Positions 32,324 to 41,450 of a DNA stretch of 64,000 nucleotides are shown piece after piece (the stretch's first letter is position 1; each line of letters starts with the position of its first letter). The DNA is taken from assembly GCA_052148655.1 (NCBI GenBank), contig JBKQHU010000072.1, forward strand, positions 3,128-67,127. Direction: 5' to 3'. The DNA is from Acidimicrobiales bacterium (GTDB lineage: Bacteria > Actinomycetota > Acidimicrobiia > Acidimicrobiales > Bog-793). The notes under the pieces were generated by a model. That model ran no database searches and was not told the DNA's origin. It saw nothing but the letters and a program-made list of their open reading frames with translations. Made by a program: the position numbers and the translations under genes.

Positions 32324-32335
32324 CAATCAAGGCGA

Positions 32336-32409
32336 CGGGGCGTAGCGCAGCTTGGTAGCGCGCCTGCTTTGGGAGCAGGAGGTCCCCGGTTCAAATCCGG
32401 GCGCCCCGA
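32336..32409 (+). tRNA. tRNA-Pro(TGG), CCA not encoded
   Basis: CGGGGCG/CGCCCCG acceptor stem, CCTGC-TTTGGGA-GCAGG anticodon arm, GGTTCAAATCC T-loop. Confidence 0.97.
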
Positions 32410-32478
32410 CGTCGTGGCATCGTCGTGCGCCATCCGGGCTGGATGCCCGGCGGCCACGAGATAGCCTCAACGACGGTC

Positions 32479-32552
<74 letters not shown>

Positions 32553-32657
32553 GGTCAGAGCCATGTTCCGCTTTCGATGAGCGAGTTGAGGGCCACTAGA
32601 GAGCCACTTCCGTCAGAGAGCGAGACCGCGCGACTCCACTTCGGGTACCGTCAAAAC

Positions 32658-33827
32658 GTGGCTGGACGATCGAGCTTCGGAGCAATCAAGAAACTCCCGA
32701 GCGGGCGCGTGCGCGCCTGGTACGTCATCGACGGGGTACGGCACACTGCTGGCCATACGTTTCCGAACAAGGCTCAGGCCGACGAGTGGCTCAAAGACGA
32801 GTGGAACCGCCGGCGGTCGGGCACCTGGACGGACCGACGAGGCCGCACCACGCTGCGCCAGTTCGTCGAAGAGGTTTGGTGGCCGACGAAAGTCGACCTC
32901 TCCCTTCGGACGCGCGAGCTGTACGCGGGACTTCTCAAGAACTGGATCTACGCCGAAGTCAAGCGGCCAACTCGTCCGTCGCTCCTTCTTGGCGACACTC
33001 CCGTCATGCAGATCACCGAGGACGAGATCGAACAGTGGTACCTGGCGTGCAAGGGTCGCAACCATGCCGTCGCATGTGCGAAGGCCTACCGTCTTTTCTC
33101 GGAGATCATGATCTTCGCCGACGAGAAGCGAGCAGTTGTCCACAACCCCGTCCACATCAAAGGCGCGGGCGCGGAGAACGCACCGGAACGGGAGGCCCTC
33201 ACGGTCGACGAACTGGTCTCGCTATCCGACGCGATCGAAGCTCGCTACCGGACAATGATTCTGCTTGCGACCTTCGGCGCAATGCGTTGGTCGGAGTCTC
33301 TTGCGCTCCAACGGCGCGACATCTATCTCGATCGCAAGATGGTGACGCTCCGTCGGGTCATCGTCGAACCGGACAAGGGCGAGAAGTTCGTCGGACCGTT
33401 GAAGGCGCGCGACGAGAAGGCCACACGGCGAGTCGACTTGCCCGACGAGCTCGTGCCCGTGCTCGAGGACCACTTGAAGCAGTTTGTCGGCACGCAACCG
33501 ACCGCCTGGCTCTTCGAGGACCCCGACAAGGGGCTACTGGCCCGATCCCAGTTTCGACTGCTCCTCGACAAGGCGAAAGAGGCGACTGGACTCGACGACG
33601 TCACCTTTCACGTGCTGCGACACACTGGTGCCACCTGGTTCGCTGAGGAGGGTGCCACAGTTCGAGAGGTTATGGAGCGGCTCGGGCACCGTAGCGAACG
33701 CATGGCGATGCGCTATCAGCATGCCGCCACAGAGCGAATGCGCCAGCTCGCTTCCGGCATGGGCGGTCGGCTCGGCGGTCGGCTCGGCACAGCTTCGGAA
33801 GGAAAGTCGGAAGCTGAGGCCAGCTGA
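32658..33827 (+). CDS. tyrosine recombinase/integrase 2
   Basis: FGAIKKLPSGR N-terminus, AMRWSE, FHVLRH, LGH, RYQH; start moved to GTG 32658 because the ORF-track start overlaps the tRNAs. Confidence 0.95.
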   Translation: MAGRSSFGAIKKLPSGRVRAWYVIDGVRHTAGHTFPNKAQADEWLKDEWNRRRSGTWTDRRGRTTLRQFVEEVWWPTKVDLSLRTRELYAGLLKNWIYAEVKRPTRPSLLLGDTPVMQITEDEIEQWYLACKGRNHAVACAKAYRLFSEIMIFADEKRAVVHNPVHIKGAGAENAPEREALTVDELVSLSDAIEARYRTMILLATFGAMRWSESLALQRRDIYLDRKMVTLRRVIVEPDKGEKFVGPLKARDEKATRRVDLPDELVPVLEDHLKQFVGTQPTAWLFEDPDKGLLARSQFRLLLDKAKEATGLDDVTFHVLRHTGATWFAEEGATVREVMERLGHRSERMAMRYQHAATERMRQLASGMGGRLGGRLGTASEGKSEAEAS

Positions 33828-33839
33828 GTCACACGCATC

Positions 33840-34060
33840 ATGGCGGTCTGCGAAACGTTCATCTGCGAAGACCGGTCATGGAGTGAATGGGCACAGTAGC
33901 TCGGTGTCTCGCCGGCTGTGCTCTTCGCATGCCTCGGGTCAACGATCACCGCTCGCGAGGACCATCTCCGGGCCTTCGCTCATATCGTTCCCGGATTCGA
34001 CTTTGAACGCGAACGGCAGGCGAAGGAAGCAGCCGGTTACCGTCCGTCAAGGCCTCGGCA
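33840..34060 (+). pseudogene. remnant resembling the N-terminus of an actinobacterial HAD-family hydrolase
   Basis: VCETFICEDRSWSEWAQ*LGVS...PGFDFERER resembles the DVGETL..E.R.W..WA..LGV...PGFD pattern; internal stop. Confidence 0.4.
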
Positions 34061-34071
34061 TCCCGGGCCAG

Positions 34072-35430
34072 TCACACTGATCGAGGCTCGGCGCTCCTGC
34101 CACAGTGCTCCCTGCTGAGTCTGCTTGTCCGGAGCATCAAGAGTCCGGTGACGGACAAAAGTGGCCGCCACAAAGGTTGGGAAAGGGACCTCCAGAGGTC
34201 CAGGGCGAAGGCGTCACAGGTAGTGCGAACGGCGGCGCGTTCGCGGGGTTCAGCCGCATTGCCGCCAATTGAAGCTGTAGGAAGTAGTGAGACCCTCGTG
34301 ACGATCCCAGAGTCCACAACGCTCCACCAAGAAACGACCGTGCCGGCTGGGACCACGCGTGCCGACTGGATGAGGGCCTCAGATGCATCCGACGGGTCGA
34401 GAGCGACATCCTCGGTGCCGAGCAGTTGCCCACTAGAAGGATCGACGATCAGTTCGCTACGAACACCGTCTTTCGTAAGCCCGATCCCCTGGCCCTGTTG
34501 ACCCGCGTGGTCGGCAATCGTTCCGAGCGCCTCGGTACCTGGAATGTGTGCGGCCGCCTGGTAGAGAGCCGAGCGAAGCGCAGGTGAGGTGTCTTTGGGG
34601 TCTTGGAGAAGCTCGCCCACAGCGGTGAACGCGGCGGATGGGTCATCGGGAGCGCCGTACGCACCGCTTTCCAAGGTCCGCAGCAACGCCTGCGGGTCAG
34701 TCGGCAATCCAGTCACGTCCGGGAAACCGCTAGCAGAGAGCGACGCGGTTGACGGAGCACCTGCAACAACGTCAACCGGCGGGGATCCTGCCGCTTGCCA
34801 CACCGACTTGTCTTGCGGGCTGAAGAAACTGGTCGAGAATGTGAAGCTCGCCTGACCGTTGTCATTGGGGCCGACCCAGCTTTGCGCGTGAGTCTCGTCC
34901 CAGACCCGGTAGGTCGCGCCGGCATCGGGAGCGTTCGGATTCGGCGCGGACGAGGCGCTCTGGCCGACCATCGTGGAGGGAGTCTCGTCCGGCGGGGTGA
35001 GGTTGCCGGCCGGGTTGAGAACCACGAGAGTTGCGCTGTCGGTCTCGGTGTACAGGTACTCACCGGGGCCAGGCACCGGGGTCGAGTCGTCGGCGACGAG
35101 GCGAGCTGCCCTATCGAGTTCCGCCGCGGCCAGTGACTCGCGATGTACCCGGACCCCGGTGCTCGGCCTTGGGCTCCCACCACCAGAAACCGTGACTCCG
35201 ACAGCGATGCCGGCGAGAACGAGGACGGCGGCGGCGGCCACCGCCGGGAGCACAAATCTTCGCCGACGACGGTCGACAGCCGTGTCAGAGGACGTGATCA
35301 ACGGGACTACTTCCGCCGAGGTCGCCATGGCCTCGGTGAGCCGCTGGCGGGCGCGGTCCATGACCTCTGCAGGCAGCTCAGGTCCGTCCTGTGCGAATCG
35401 GCGGACAAGGTCGAGTTCGTCGGTTCTCAT
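34072..35430 (-). CDS. CU044_5270-family-like membrane-anchored protein (putative anti-sigma partner)
   Basis: RARQRL N-terminus, single TM, PGEYLYT, LPTDPQAL, PALRSALYQA, ELIVDPSSGQLLG; ATGA-coupled to ECF sigma. Confidence 0.8.
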   Translation of the reverse strand: MRTDELDLVRRFAQDGPELPAEVMDRARQRLTEAMATSAEVVPLITSSDTAVDRRRRRFVLPAVAAAAVLVLAGIAVGVTVSGGGSPRPSTGVRVHRESLAAAELDRAARLVADDSTPVPGPGEYLYTETDSATLVVLNPAGNLTPPDETPSTMVGQSASSAPNPNAPDAGATYRVWDETHAQSWVGPNDNGQASFTFSTSFFSPQDKSVWQAAGSPPVDVVAGAPSTASLSASGFPDVTGLPTDPQALLRTLESGAYGAPDDPSAAFTAVGELLQDPKDTSPALRSALYQAAAHIPGTEALGTIADHAGQQGQGIGLTKDGVRSELIVDPSSGQLLGTEDVALDPSDASEALIQSARVVPAGTVVSWWSVVDSGIVTRVSLLPTASIGGNAAEPRERAAVRTTCDAFALDLWRSLSQPLWRPLLSVTGLLMLRTSRLSREHCGRSAEPRSV

Positions 35431-36056
35431 TGCTCCTCCTTTGAGGCCTCGGCTCGGATGTCCGGTGCCGAGGACGACTCGTCGGTATACCTATTCGAGG
35501 CACCGAGTTCGGCACGGAGCTGCTGCCTCGCGCGCCAGAGCCGTGTGCGTGTAGCGGCTGGTGAGATGTGCAGGCTTTCCGCAGCCTGCTCGATGTTGAA
35601 GTCCGTCGACGCCACTAACAACAGGAGAGTTCGTGGCTCGTTATCGATACGCGCAAGCGCGTTCGCCACCCGAGTGACCTCTCCTGTTACGACGGCGAGG
35701 TCGTGTACCGGGTCCTCATCGATCGCCTGGCGTTCACGTGTCGCCTGGCGCACACCCAGGTCCCGTCTTGCCACCTCAGCTCGACGATGATTCCGGAGCA
35801 GGTTGATCGCGATCCCGAACAGCCAGGGGCGGACATCTCGACGACGCGCGTCGAAGGTCCGGCGCTGCGCAAAAGCCACTGTGAAGGTCTCTGCGGCCAG
35901 ATCCTCGGCAGCAGTTGCCCCGACCTGGCGTTCGAGAAAGCGGTAGACGCTGCGAAAATGACGATCGAAGAGAATTCCGAAGGTTGCCGGTTCCTTGAGC
36001 GAAGCACGAAGCACGTCCCGATCAGACGGTTCGCGTTCGGTGGCCTCGATCATCAC
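35427..36056 (-). CDS. ECF RNA polymerase sigma factor
   Basis: AEDLAAETF, RPWLFGIAINL, TRTRLWRAR. Confidence 0.92.
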   Translation of the reverse strand: MMIEATEREPSDRDVLRASLKEPATFGILFDRHFRSVYRFLERQVGATAAEDLAAETFTVAFAQRRTFDARRRDVRPWLFGIAINLLRNHRRAEVARRDLGVRQATRERQAIDEDPVHDLAVVTGEVTRVANALARIDNEPRTLLLLVASTDFNIEQAAESLHISPAATRTRLWRARQQLRAELGASNRYTDESSSAPDIRAEASKEEQ

Positions 36057-36468
36057 CTGTTACTTGTCTGGCGAGAGCATCGCGTCACAGATGTCCTGAT
36101 CGTCCAGTTCAGGACAAGTGCGGACAGTCGGAGTCACCCTCATCGAATCGCAGATGTACCACGTCCAGTCGTGGCCGCACGGCCCGGACGGCGTGTGCAG
36201 CGACGGCAGCCCGTTCGTGAGCGACCGGTCTCGACACCCTCGGGAGAACTGCTGATCAGGCCGCGAACGCAATGGCGGTCACAGCTCACGGCCTAGGTGC
36301 TCCCTGCCAAGTCTCGCGCGGCCACCGGGTCCCTCGGGAGGCGAGAAGTGGAACGCTTCGCACGCCTCCGCCCTGGTGGTTTGGAACAGGTGGTGCTCGG
36401 TCGTCTTAGGCGTGGGTAAAGACGCATACTTGAAGCACGTCGATAGGTCATGAGAGGAAGGCCGACCC

Positions 36469-36693
36469 GTGAAACTGAGGCCAAGGTCCTATACGGCATA
36501 CAGCCTCGGATGTGCGGTTGCCTGGGCCGTCCTGTTAGTTGTTGTGGCTGCCCGGAAAGGCAAGCGCGACATGCGCAACGTGCTCTTGGTGTTCTATGGA
36601 TGGGTAATCGCCTGGGTCTCCAACACCATCGCCAGGGCCGTTTACCCGCCGCCCAGAGGACGGCAGGCGAGAACCCAACACCTTGAGGGGTAA
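36469..36693 (+). CDS. small membrane protein
   Basis: two hydrophobic segments, IARAVYPPP; AGGAAGG upstream. Confidence 0.55.
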   Translation: MKLRPRSYTAYSLGCAVAWAVLLVVVAARKGKRDMRNVLLVFYGWVIAWVSNTIARAVYPPPRGRQARTQHLEG

Positions 36694-36832
36694 GAGTGAA
36701 GGCCGACTTGGCTCGTCTGTCAGCTTTACCGGGCCACCCCGAAAGTGCCGTTACACGGCAGACCAGAAGAAGCTCCACACCTCTCGAACGTGTGCATCAA
36801 ATGACAGGGACGCGAGGAAGCTAGCGCGAACA

Positions 36833-37864
36833 ATGCGAGCGGTTGGAAAGCCATCACTTGACGTTCGTTCAATCCGACAACTCCTCCTTGTGCTCGCGCT
36901 GGCCGTGTCGGTCACGCAAGGGCCGGTCGTGCACGCGGCAGCGCAGACGACGACTCCGGCCTGGGTTCAGGTGTCGGTGGCAACGGTGTGGCACCTCCCG
37001 TCGAGCCCGAGACCTGTCGACGCACCAGCGCTCGGGAACCCGGCAGGGATCGAGGACTGGCTGACTCGGCTGAGCGTGACCGAACGGCTCGGCCTCGACA
37101 GCCGCATCAACACCCAGGTCCTGCTCGACCAAGAGGTCCTCGTCCTCATACACCGGGGGCGATGGAGCAAGGTCGAGGTTCCCAACCAACGCGGCTCGCG
37201 CTTTCCCACCGGCATCATCGGCTGGGTGCCGGATGTTCAGCTGTCCGCCGTCGCGCCACCGGCGAACTCTCGCGAGATGATCGTCAGCGCGGCGCGCACG
37301 TGGCTCTACGCCGTGGCCAATGGCATGGTCGCCCGACGCCGCTTCCTCGTCAGCTACGACACCGTCCTGCCCGTCGTCAGGAGAGTGCCGGGCTACCTCG
37401 TCCTCGGACTCCCAGGAGGACAAAAGGGGGCGATCGCCGACAATGCGCTCAGCCCAGTGCATCTCGGCGCCGTATCGGGGACGACCGTCGCCAACCAGGC
37501 GCGTCGCTTCCTCGGGCTCCCCTATCTCTGGGGCGGGACGAGCGGCTTCGGCTACGACTGCTCCGGCTTGGTGTACTCGCTCTATGCCCACTACGGCATC
37601 TACCTACCCCGCGACGCGGCCGACCAGCGCCACGCCGGCATCCCGGTCCCGCTCGCCAAGCTCCAACCGGGTGACTTGCTCTTCTTCGCCGGACCTGGCG
37701 GAAAAGGACTCGTCCACCACGTCGCGATCTACGTCGGCGGCGGGCACGTCATCGATTCGCCGTACACCGGGGCATCTGTCGAGATTGTTCCGATGACATC
37801 CCTCCCCGTCTGGGATGAGTTCGCCGGCGCGATCCGGCCGACCCTGGCGAGCGCACCCGCCTGA
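36833..37864 (+). CDS. NlpC/P60 (C40) peptidoglycan endopeptidase with SH3-like N-terminal domains
   Basis: LGLPYLWGG..GYDCSGL, LPRDA, PGDLLFF, HHVAIY; signal peptide. Confidence 0.92.
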   Translation: MRAVGKPSLDVRSIRQLLLVLALAVSVTQGPVVHAAAQTTTPAWVQVSVATVWHLPSSPRPVDAPALGNPAGIEDWLTRLSVTERLGLDSRINTQVLLDQEVLVLIHRGRWSKVEVPNQRGSRFPTGIIGWVPDVQLSAVAPPANSREMIVSAARTWLYAVANGMVARRRFLVSYDTVLPVVRRVPGYLVLGLPGGQKGAIADNALSPVHLGAVSGTTVANQARRFLGLPYLWGGTSGFGYDCSGLVYSLYAHYGIYLPRDAADQRHAGIPVPLAKLQPGDLLFFAGPGGKGLVHHVAIYVGGGHVIDSPYTGASVEIVPMTSLPVWDEFAGAIRPTLASAPA

Positions 37865-38041
37865 CGCCCTTACAGCCTCCGCTCCCGGCTCGATTCTCGC
37901 TCTCGCGTCCAAGATGGCCTGCTGGGGAGCCGACGCCTCACACTGTGGATGCGGCTGGCCCGCGGGCGATCTTCTCGTTGGTCGGTGCACTCTTCCGAGC
38001 TCTCGGACCTACCCGCACAGCCCCTAACTCACTCCTGGCGG

Positions 38042-38290
38042 CTAGCCCAGCCAGACGTCCTCCGGGCGGTATGCACCGCCCGGGTTCACGGTGAACCCGT
38101 GCAAGCTCGGTCGCCAAGCGTAGATGTTAGGCGGATAGTCGAGCGCGATGTAGGGAGCGTCCTGGGCCACGATCGCCTGGACCTTGGCGTAGAGCTCGGC
38201 CCGTTTCGCGCCGTCGAACTGCGTTTCGGCTTCTCGGACGAGCGCGATCGCCGCTGGGTCGTCGTAGTTGTAAGCAAGACAGGTTTGCAC
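38042..38290 (-). pseudogene. C-terminal fragment of ABC peptide-binding (family 5) protein
   Basis: DGAKRAELYAKVQAIVAQDAPYIAL typical C-terminus only. Confidence 0.65.
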
Positions 38291-39075
38291 GCTCTGTTCA
38301 ACGGCCTAATTGCAGGTCGTCGACGAGCCCAGGTGCAACTATTAGCAGGTGTAGAACGCTGCACGGGAGGCACTGCCCCGCCACCAAACCGGTGACGGTC
38401 TTCCTTACCTGCTCGTCGACTTGCAACACTCAGCCTACGCAGTCGCCTGAGGGGTTGCTTGGACCGTCAAGGTGCGTCACTTGGTCCACTCGCCAGCGCC
38501 AGTGCTCCCCCGCTGCGGCCGCCACGGTTACAGGATTTGACCTTTGTCACGCACCATCAGCTCCGAGACCCAGCTGACTCCAGAGCCAGCTCCATTAGGG
38601 TCGCCGGTCGCGGCTCGCGACCCGTCGCCGGGGCATAGGAGCGAGTGGCAGCCTGAGGCTCGTCAGGTGCCGTCTCGAAGTAGCGCGGCGGTGCTCCGTC
38701 ACGCTAGGCGGAGAGGAGTCGCGGGAATGCCAACCTGGACGGGCGGAGGCTTGGTCTTCAGTGGCAGCGGCCTAATGATGCACTCGATATAGCTGTAGAT
38801 CGGGACAGGTCAAATGGATGTTGCTGGTCGTGTGGAGTTGGGGGAGGATCAGCTTCGAGAAGAGCGGGATGACCTGATCGCACGCCTGGTGTACAGACAG
38901 ATCAAGGACAATCTGGAGGCCCCAGCCGAAACCGAAAAGACAGGCCGCCACGAGGGAAGACAAGACGGCGAGGGAGACGAGACGTTGAACCTTGCGGCCG
39001 AACGTGCCATCCAGGCTTGGACCGAACAAACCTCGCCAGTTGAACATAAGCCACGAACCAAACCCCTTCGGTGAC

Positions 39076-39282
39076 CTAGTCGTCGAGCAGCCGCTGCTCT
39101 CGACCGATCCGTTCCCGAAGGCTCTTGCGAAACTCGTCGTCTCCGCGTCGCTCCTCAATATGCCGAGCGATTGCCGCTCGGACAACCTCGGACACAGGGA
39201 GATCGTCCACCGTCGCGATGGTTTCCAGCTCCTCAGCCTGCTCGGGTGAGAGACGAACCGTCATGGCCTTAACCGGTTTCAT
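39076..39282 (-). CDS. ribbon-helix-helix (CopG-like) DNA-binding protein
   Basis: AMTVRLSPEQAEELETIA....VSEVVRAAI. Confidence 0.85.
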   Translation of the reverse strand: MKPVKAMTVRLSPEQAEELETIATVDDLPVSEVVRAAIARHIEERRGDDEFRKSLRERIGREQRLLDD

Positions 39283-39306
39283 GCGGTGATTATCGCGCTT
39301 GGTGGA

Positions 39307-39360
39307 GCGGTATGCAAGCACCGCGCTGATGTGGTATCATGGTGTCACGCCGAAAGGAGG
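39307..39360 (+). promoter_or_regulatory. extended -10 promoter, candidate operator and RBS of the Ubl operon
   Basis: GCGGT-N8-ACCGC at 39307-39324; TG-G-TATCAT at 39332-39340; AAAGGAGG at 39353-39360. Confidence 0.55.
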
Positions 39361-39365
39361 CCAGC

Positions 39366-39644
39366 ATGAGCCAAGACGACCCCGCCAGCGAGCGGCCACA
39401 CGAACACGAGTTCCACATCCAGATCGACCGCGAGCACTTCACTGTGCGCAAGGAAGAGCTGACTGGCGAAGAGTTGAGGAATTTGCCAAGACCACCGGTT
39501 CCCGCCGATCGAGATCTCTTCGAAGTGCGTCCCGGCGAGTCTGACTTACTGATCGAGGACACGACCGTCGTCAAGATTCACGACGGTCTGCGCTTTTTCA
39601 CTGCGCCGAGTCACATCAACCCCGGGGCCTATCAGACACGCTGA
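39366..39644 (+). CDS. ubiquitin-like protein (single multiubiquitin-type beta-grasp domain)
   Basis: FHIQID...LTGEELRNL...DLF...D..I.....V.I..G.RFFT..INPG plus AYQTR tail. Confidence 0.85.
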   Translation: MSQDDPASERPHEHEFHIQIDREHFTVRKEELTGEELRNLPRPPVPADRDLFEVRPGESDLLIEDTTVVKIHDGLRFFTAPSHINPGAYQTR

Positions 39645-39660
39645 CACCGAAAGCTCGATC

Positions 39661-40053
39661 ATGGGACTACTGCCTGAGGATGCTCGATACCTTGTCGACC
39701 GGAGGATCGCACACGAGGTCACGGAAGAGGCTGGCATGACGTGCGTCCTGCTGCCCGGGTGGCCGTTGCCGACCGGGTTGGACCACGGGCAGGTTGACCT
39801 TCTTATCCGACTGGCACCTGGCTATCCCGACATCGCTCCGGACATGTGGTGGGTTGATCCAGCGCTCCACACAGCTAGCGGTGCAACCATCCCCAACACC
39901 GAATCGGTAGAAGTGCATCTCGGGCGGCGGTGGCAGCGCTGGTCCCGTCACTTCAACCCGGGTCAATGGCAGCCGGGCATTGATCGACTCGAAAGCTATC
40001 TTGCGCGGGTCGCCGGTGAGCTTCAACGCATGGCGACCGGGAGTGCTGCGTGA
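39661..40053 (+). CDS. prokaryotic E2 (E2/UBC family E)
   Basis: LPTG...LLIRLAPGYPDIAPDMWWVDP, WQRWSRH, WQPGIDRLESYL. Confidence 0.9.
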   Translation: MGLLPEDARYLVDRRIAHEVTEEAGMTCVLLPGWPLPTGLDHGQVDLLIRLAPGYPDIAPDMWWVDPALHTASGATIPNTESVEVHLGRRWQRWSRHFNPGQWQPGIDRLESYLARVAGELQRMATGSAA

Positions 40054-41450
40054 ACGAGGCCACACTGGTCCTGCCACAGGAGATCGCAAAGGACATCGCG
40101 CGTGCCGCCCGGACGGACATCGAAGTCGCAGCGGTGATCTTGGTCGGTGCTGCTAACACGCGGGCTGGTCTTCGCCTACTCACTCGAGAAATCCATTGGG
40201 TACCCGCCGATTGCTACCAGCGGCAGACCTACAACTCTCTGAGTATCTCGTCGCACGGCTTTGTGCCAGCTCTTCGGAGGGCTGAAGAACTGTCAGCAAC
40301 CCCGGTGTTCCTCCACACGCACCCGGGGGACGATGCGGACCCACGGCCGAGCAAATGGGATGACATCGTGGACGAACAACTCGCCGATACCTTCAGAATC
40401 AGAAGTGGCTCGGACCGCTATGCCTCACTAGTTTTCTCACCAGCCCAGCGACTTTTCCGATTCAGTGGCCGAGGCCTGGACGACGATCAGCCATTTGAGG
40501 TTGGTCGCATCCTCGTAGCCGGCGACCGAATTGCGCTGCTCACATCGGTCAATGGAGATGCCAATAGTGAACTCTCGCCCATCTTCGATCGGCAGATTCG
40601 CGCGTTCGGCAGTAAGGTCCAACGAGTCCTCTCCAGCCTCCGAATCGCCGTCATCGGCTGCGGCGGCACTGGCTCCGCTGTAGCCGAACAGCTTGTTCGC
40701 CTGGGCGTTCGATCGCTGGTGCTTGTCGACAACGATGACCTCAACGAATCCAACCTGACACGAGTCTACGGGTCGAATCCCTCCGGCCTCGGCGAGCCCA
40801 AGGTCAACGTCCTCGCCAACCACCTGCTGCAGATCGCACCTGACCTCGACGTTACAGCTATCAAGAAACTTGTAACCGACGAGCTGACTGCACGAAGACT
40901 CACCGACTGTGACGCTCTCTTCGGCTGCACCGACGACAATGCCGGTCGGCTCGTCCTCGCCCGGCTCGCTAGTTACTACCTAGTGCCGCTCGTTGACTGT
41001 GGCGTTCTCATCAGCTCAACCTATGGAACGATCAACGGAATCGACGGCCGTGTGACGGTTCAAACTCCTGGCGCGGCATGTCTCGTGTGTCGCAACCGCG
41101 TCGACCTAGCACGAGCCGCGGCTGAGCAGCTCGACCCAGGTGAACGGCGACTTCGCCAAGACGAGGGCTATGCCCCCGAACTCGGGCGAGTTGAGCCAGC
41201 GGTCGTTACCTACACTTCACAGGTGGCCGGCCAGGCGGTCAGCGAACTCTTGGAACGGCTAATCGGTTACGGGCCGGAACCAGTGCCGACTGAAGTTCTT
41301 CTTCGTTTCCACGACCGCGAGATCAGTACCAATATCCAATCGCCAAAGACTGGCCACTTCTGCCACCCGGTTGACGGTTCGCTCGGTCGGGGCGACAGCG
41401 AGCCGTTTCTCAATCAGCTTTGGAGATCTCCGCGATGCGGTCTCCAATAA
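40050..41450 (+). CDS. JAB-like peptidase fused to ThiF/E1 adenylyltransferase
   Basis: N-terminal E...HTHP-x8-SKWD JAMM-like motif; FDRQ, GCGGTGS, DND.L.ESNLTR, K, GCTDD...R, CLVC. Confidence 0.92.
   Translation: MNEATLVLPQEIAKDIARAARTDIEVAAVILVGAANTRAGLRLLTREIHWVPADCYQRQTYNSLSISSHGFVPALRRAEELSATPVFLHTHPGDDADPRPSKWDDIVDEQLADTFRIRSGSDRYASLVFSPAQRLFRFSGRGLDDDQPFEVGRILVAGDRIALLTSVNGDANSELSPIFDRQIRAFGSKVQRVLSSLRIAVIGCGGTGSAVAEQLVRLGVRSLVLVDNDDLNESNLTRVYGSNPSGLGEPKVNVLANHLLQIAPDLDVTAIKKLVTDELTARRLTDCDALFGCTDDNAGRLVLARLASYYLVPLVDCGVLISSTYGTINGIDGRVTVQTPGAACLVCRNRVDLARAAAEQLDPGERRLRQDEGYAPELGRVEPAVVTYTSQVAGQAVSELLERLIGYGPEPVPTEVLLRFHDREISTNIQSPKTGHFCHPVDGSLGRGDSEPFLNQLWRSPRCGLQ

Larger units (their letters stand above)
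19046..32335. mobile_element. integrative genomic island 1 in tRNA-Pro(TGG)
   Basis: bounded by tRNA-Pro 5' duplication, tyrosine integrase at right end, same tandem repeat inside both ends, patchy accessory cargo. Confidence 0.85.

Noticed and set aside
37881-37911. Possible tRNA-Gly 3' duplicate (attR) CCCGGCTCGATTCTCGCTCTCGCGTCCA
   Set aside because: Too many mismatches to CCGGTTCGATCCCGGTCGCCCGCTCCA to separate from chance.
39366-41450. ThiS/MoaD-ThiF sulfur-carrier biosynthesis or CBASS Cap2/Cap3 interpretation
   Set aside because: A separate E2, multiubiquitin-type Ubl and DUF6527 are present; there are no cofactor-biosynthesis genes and no CD-NTase.
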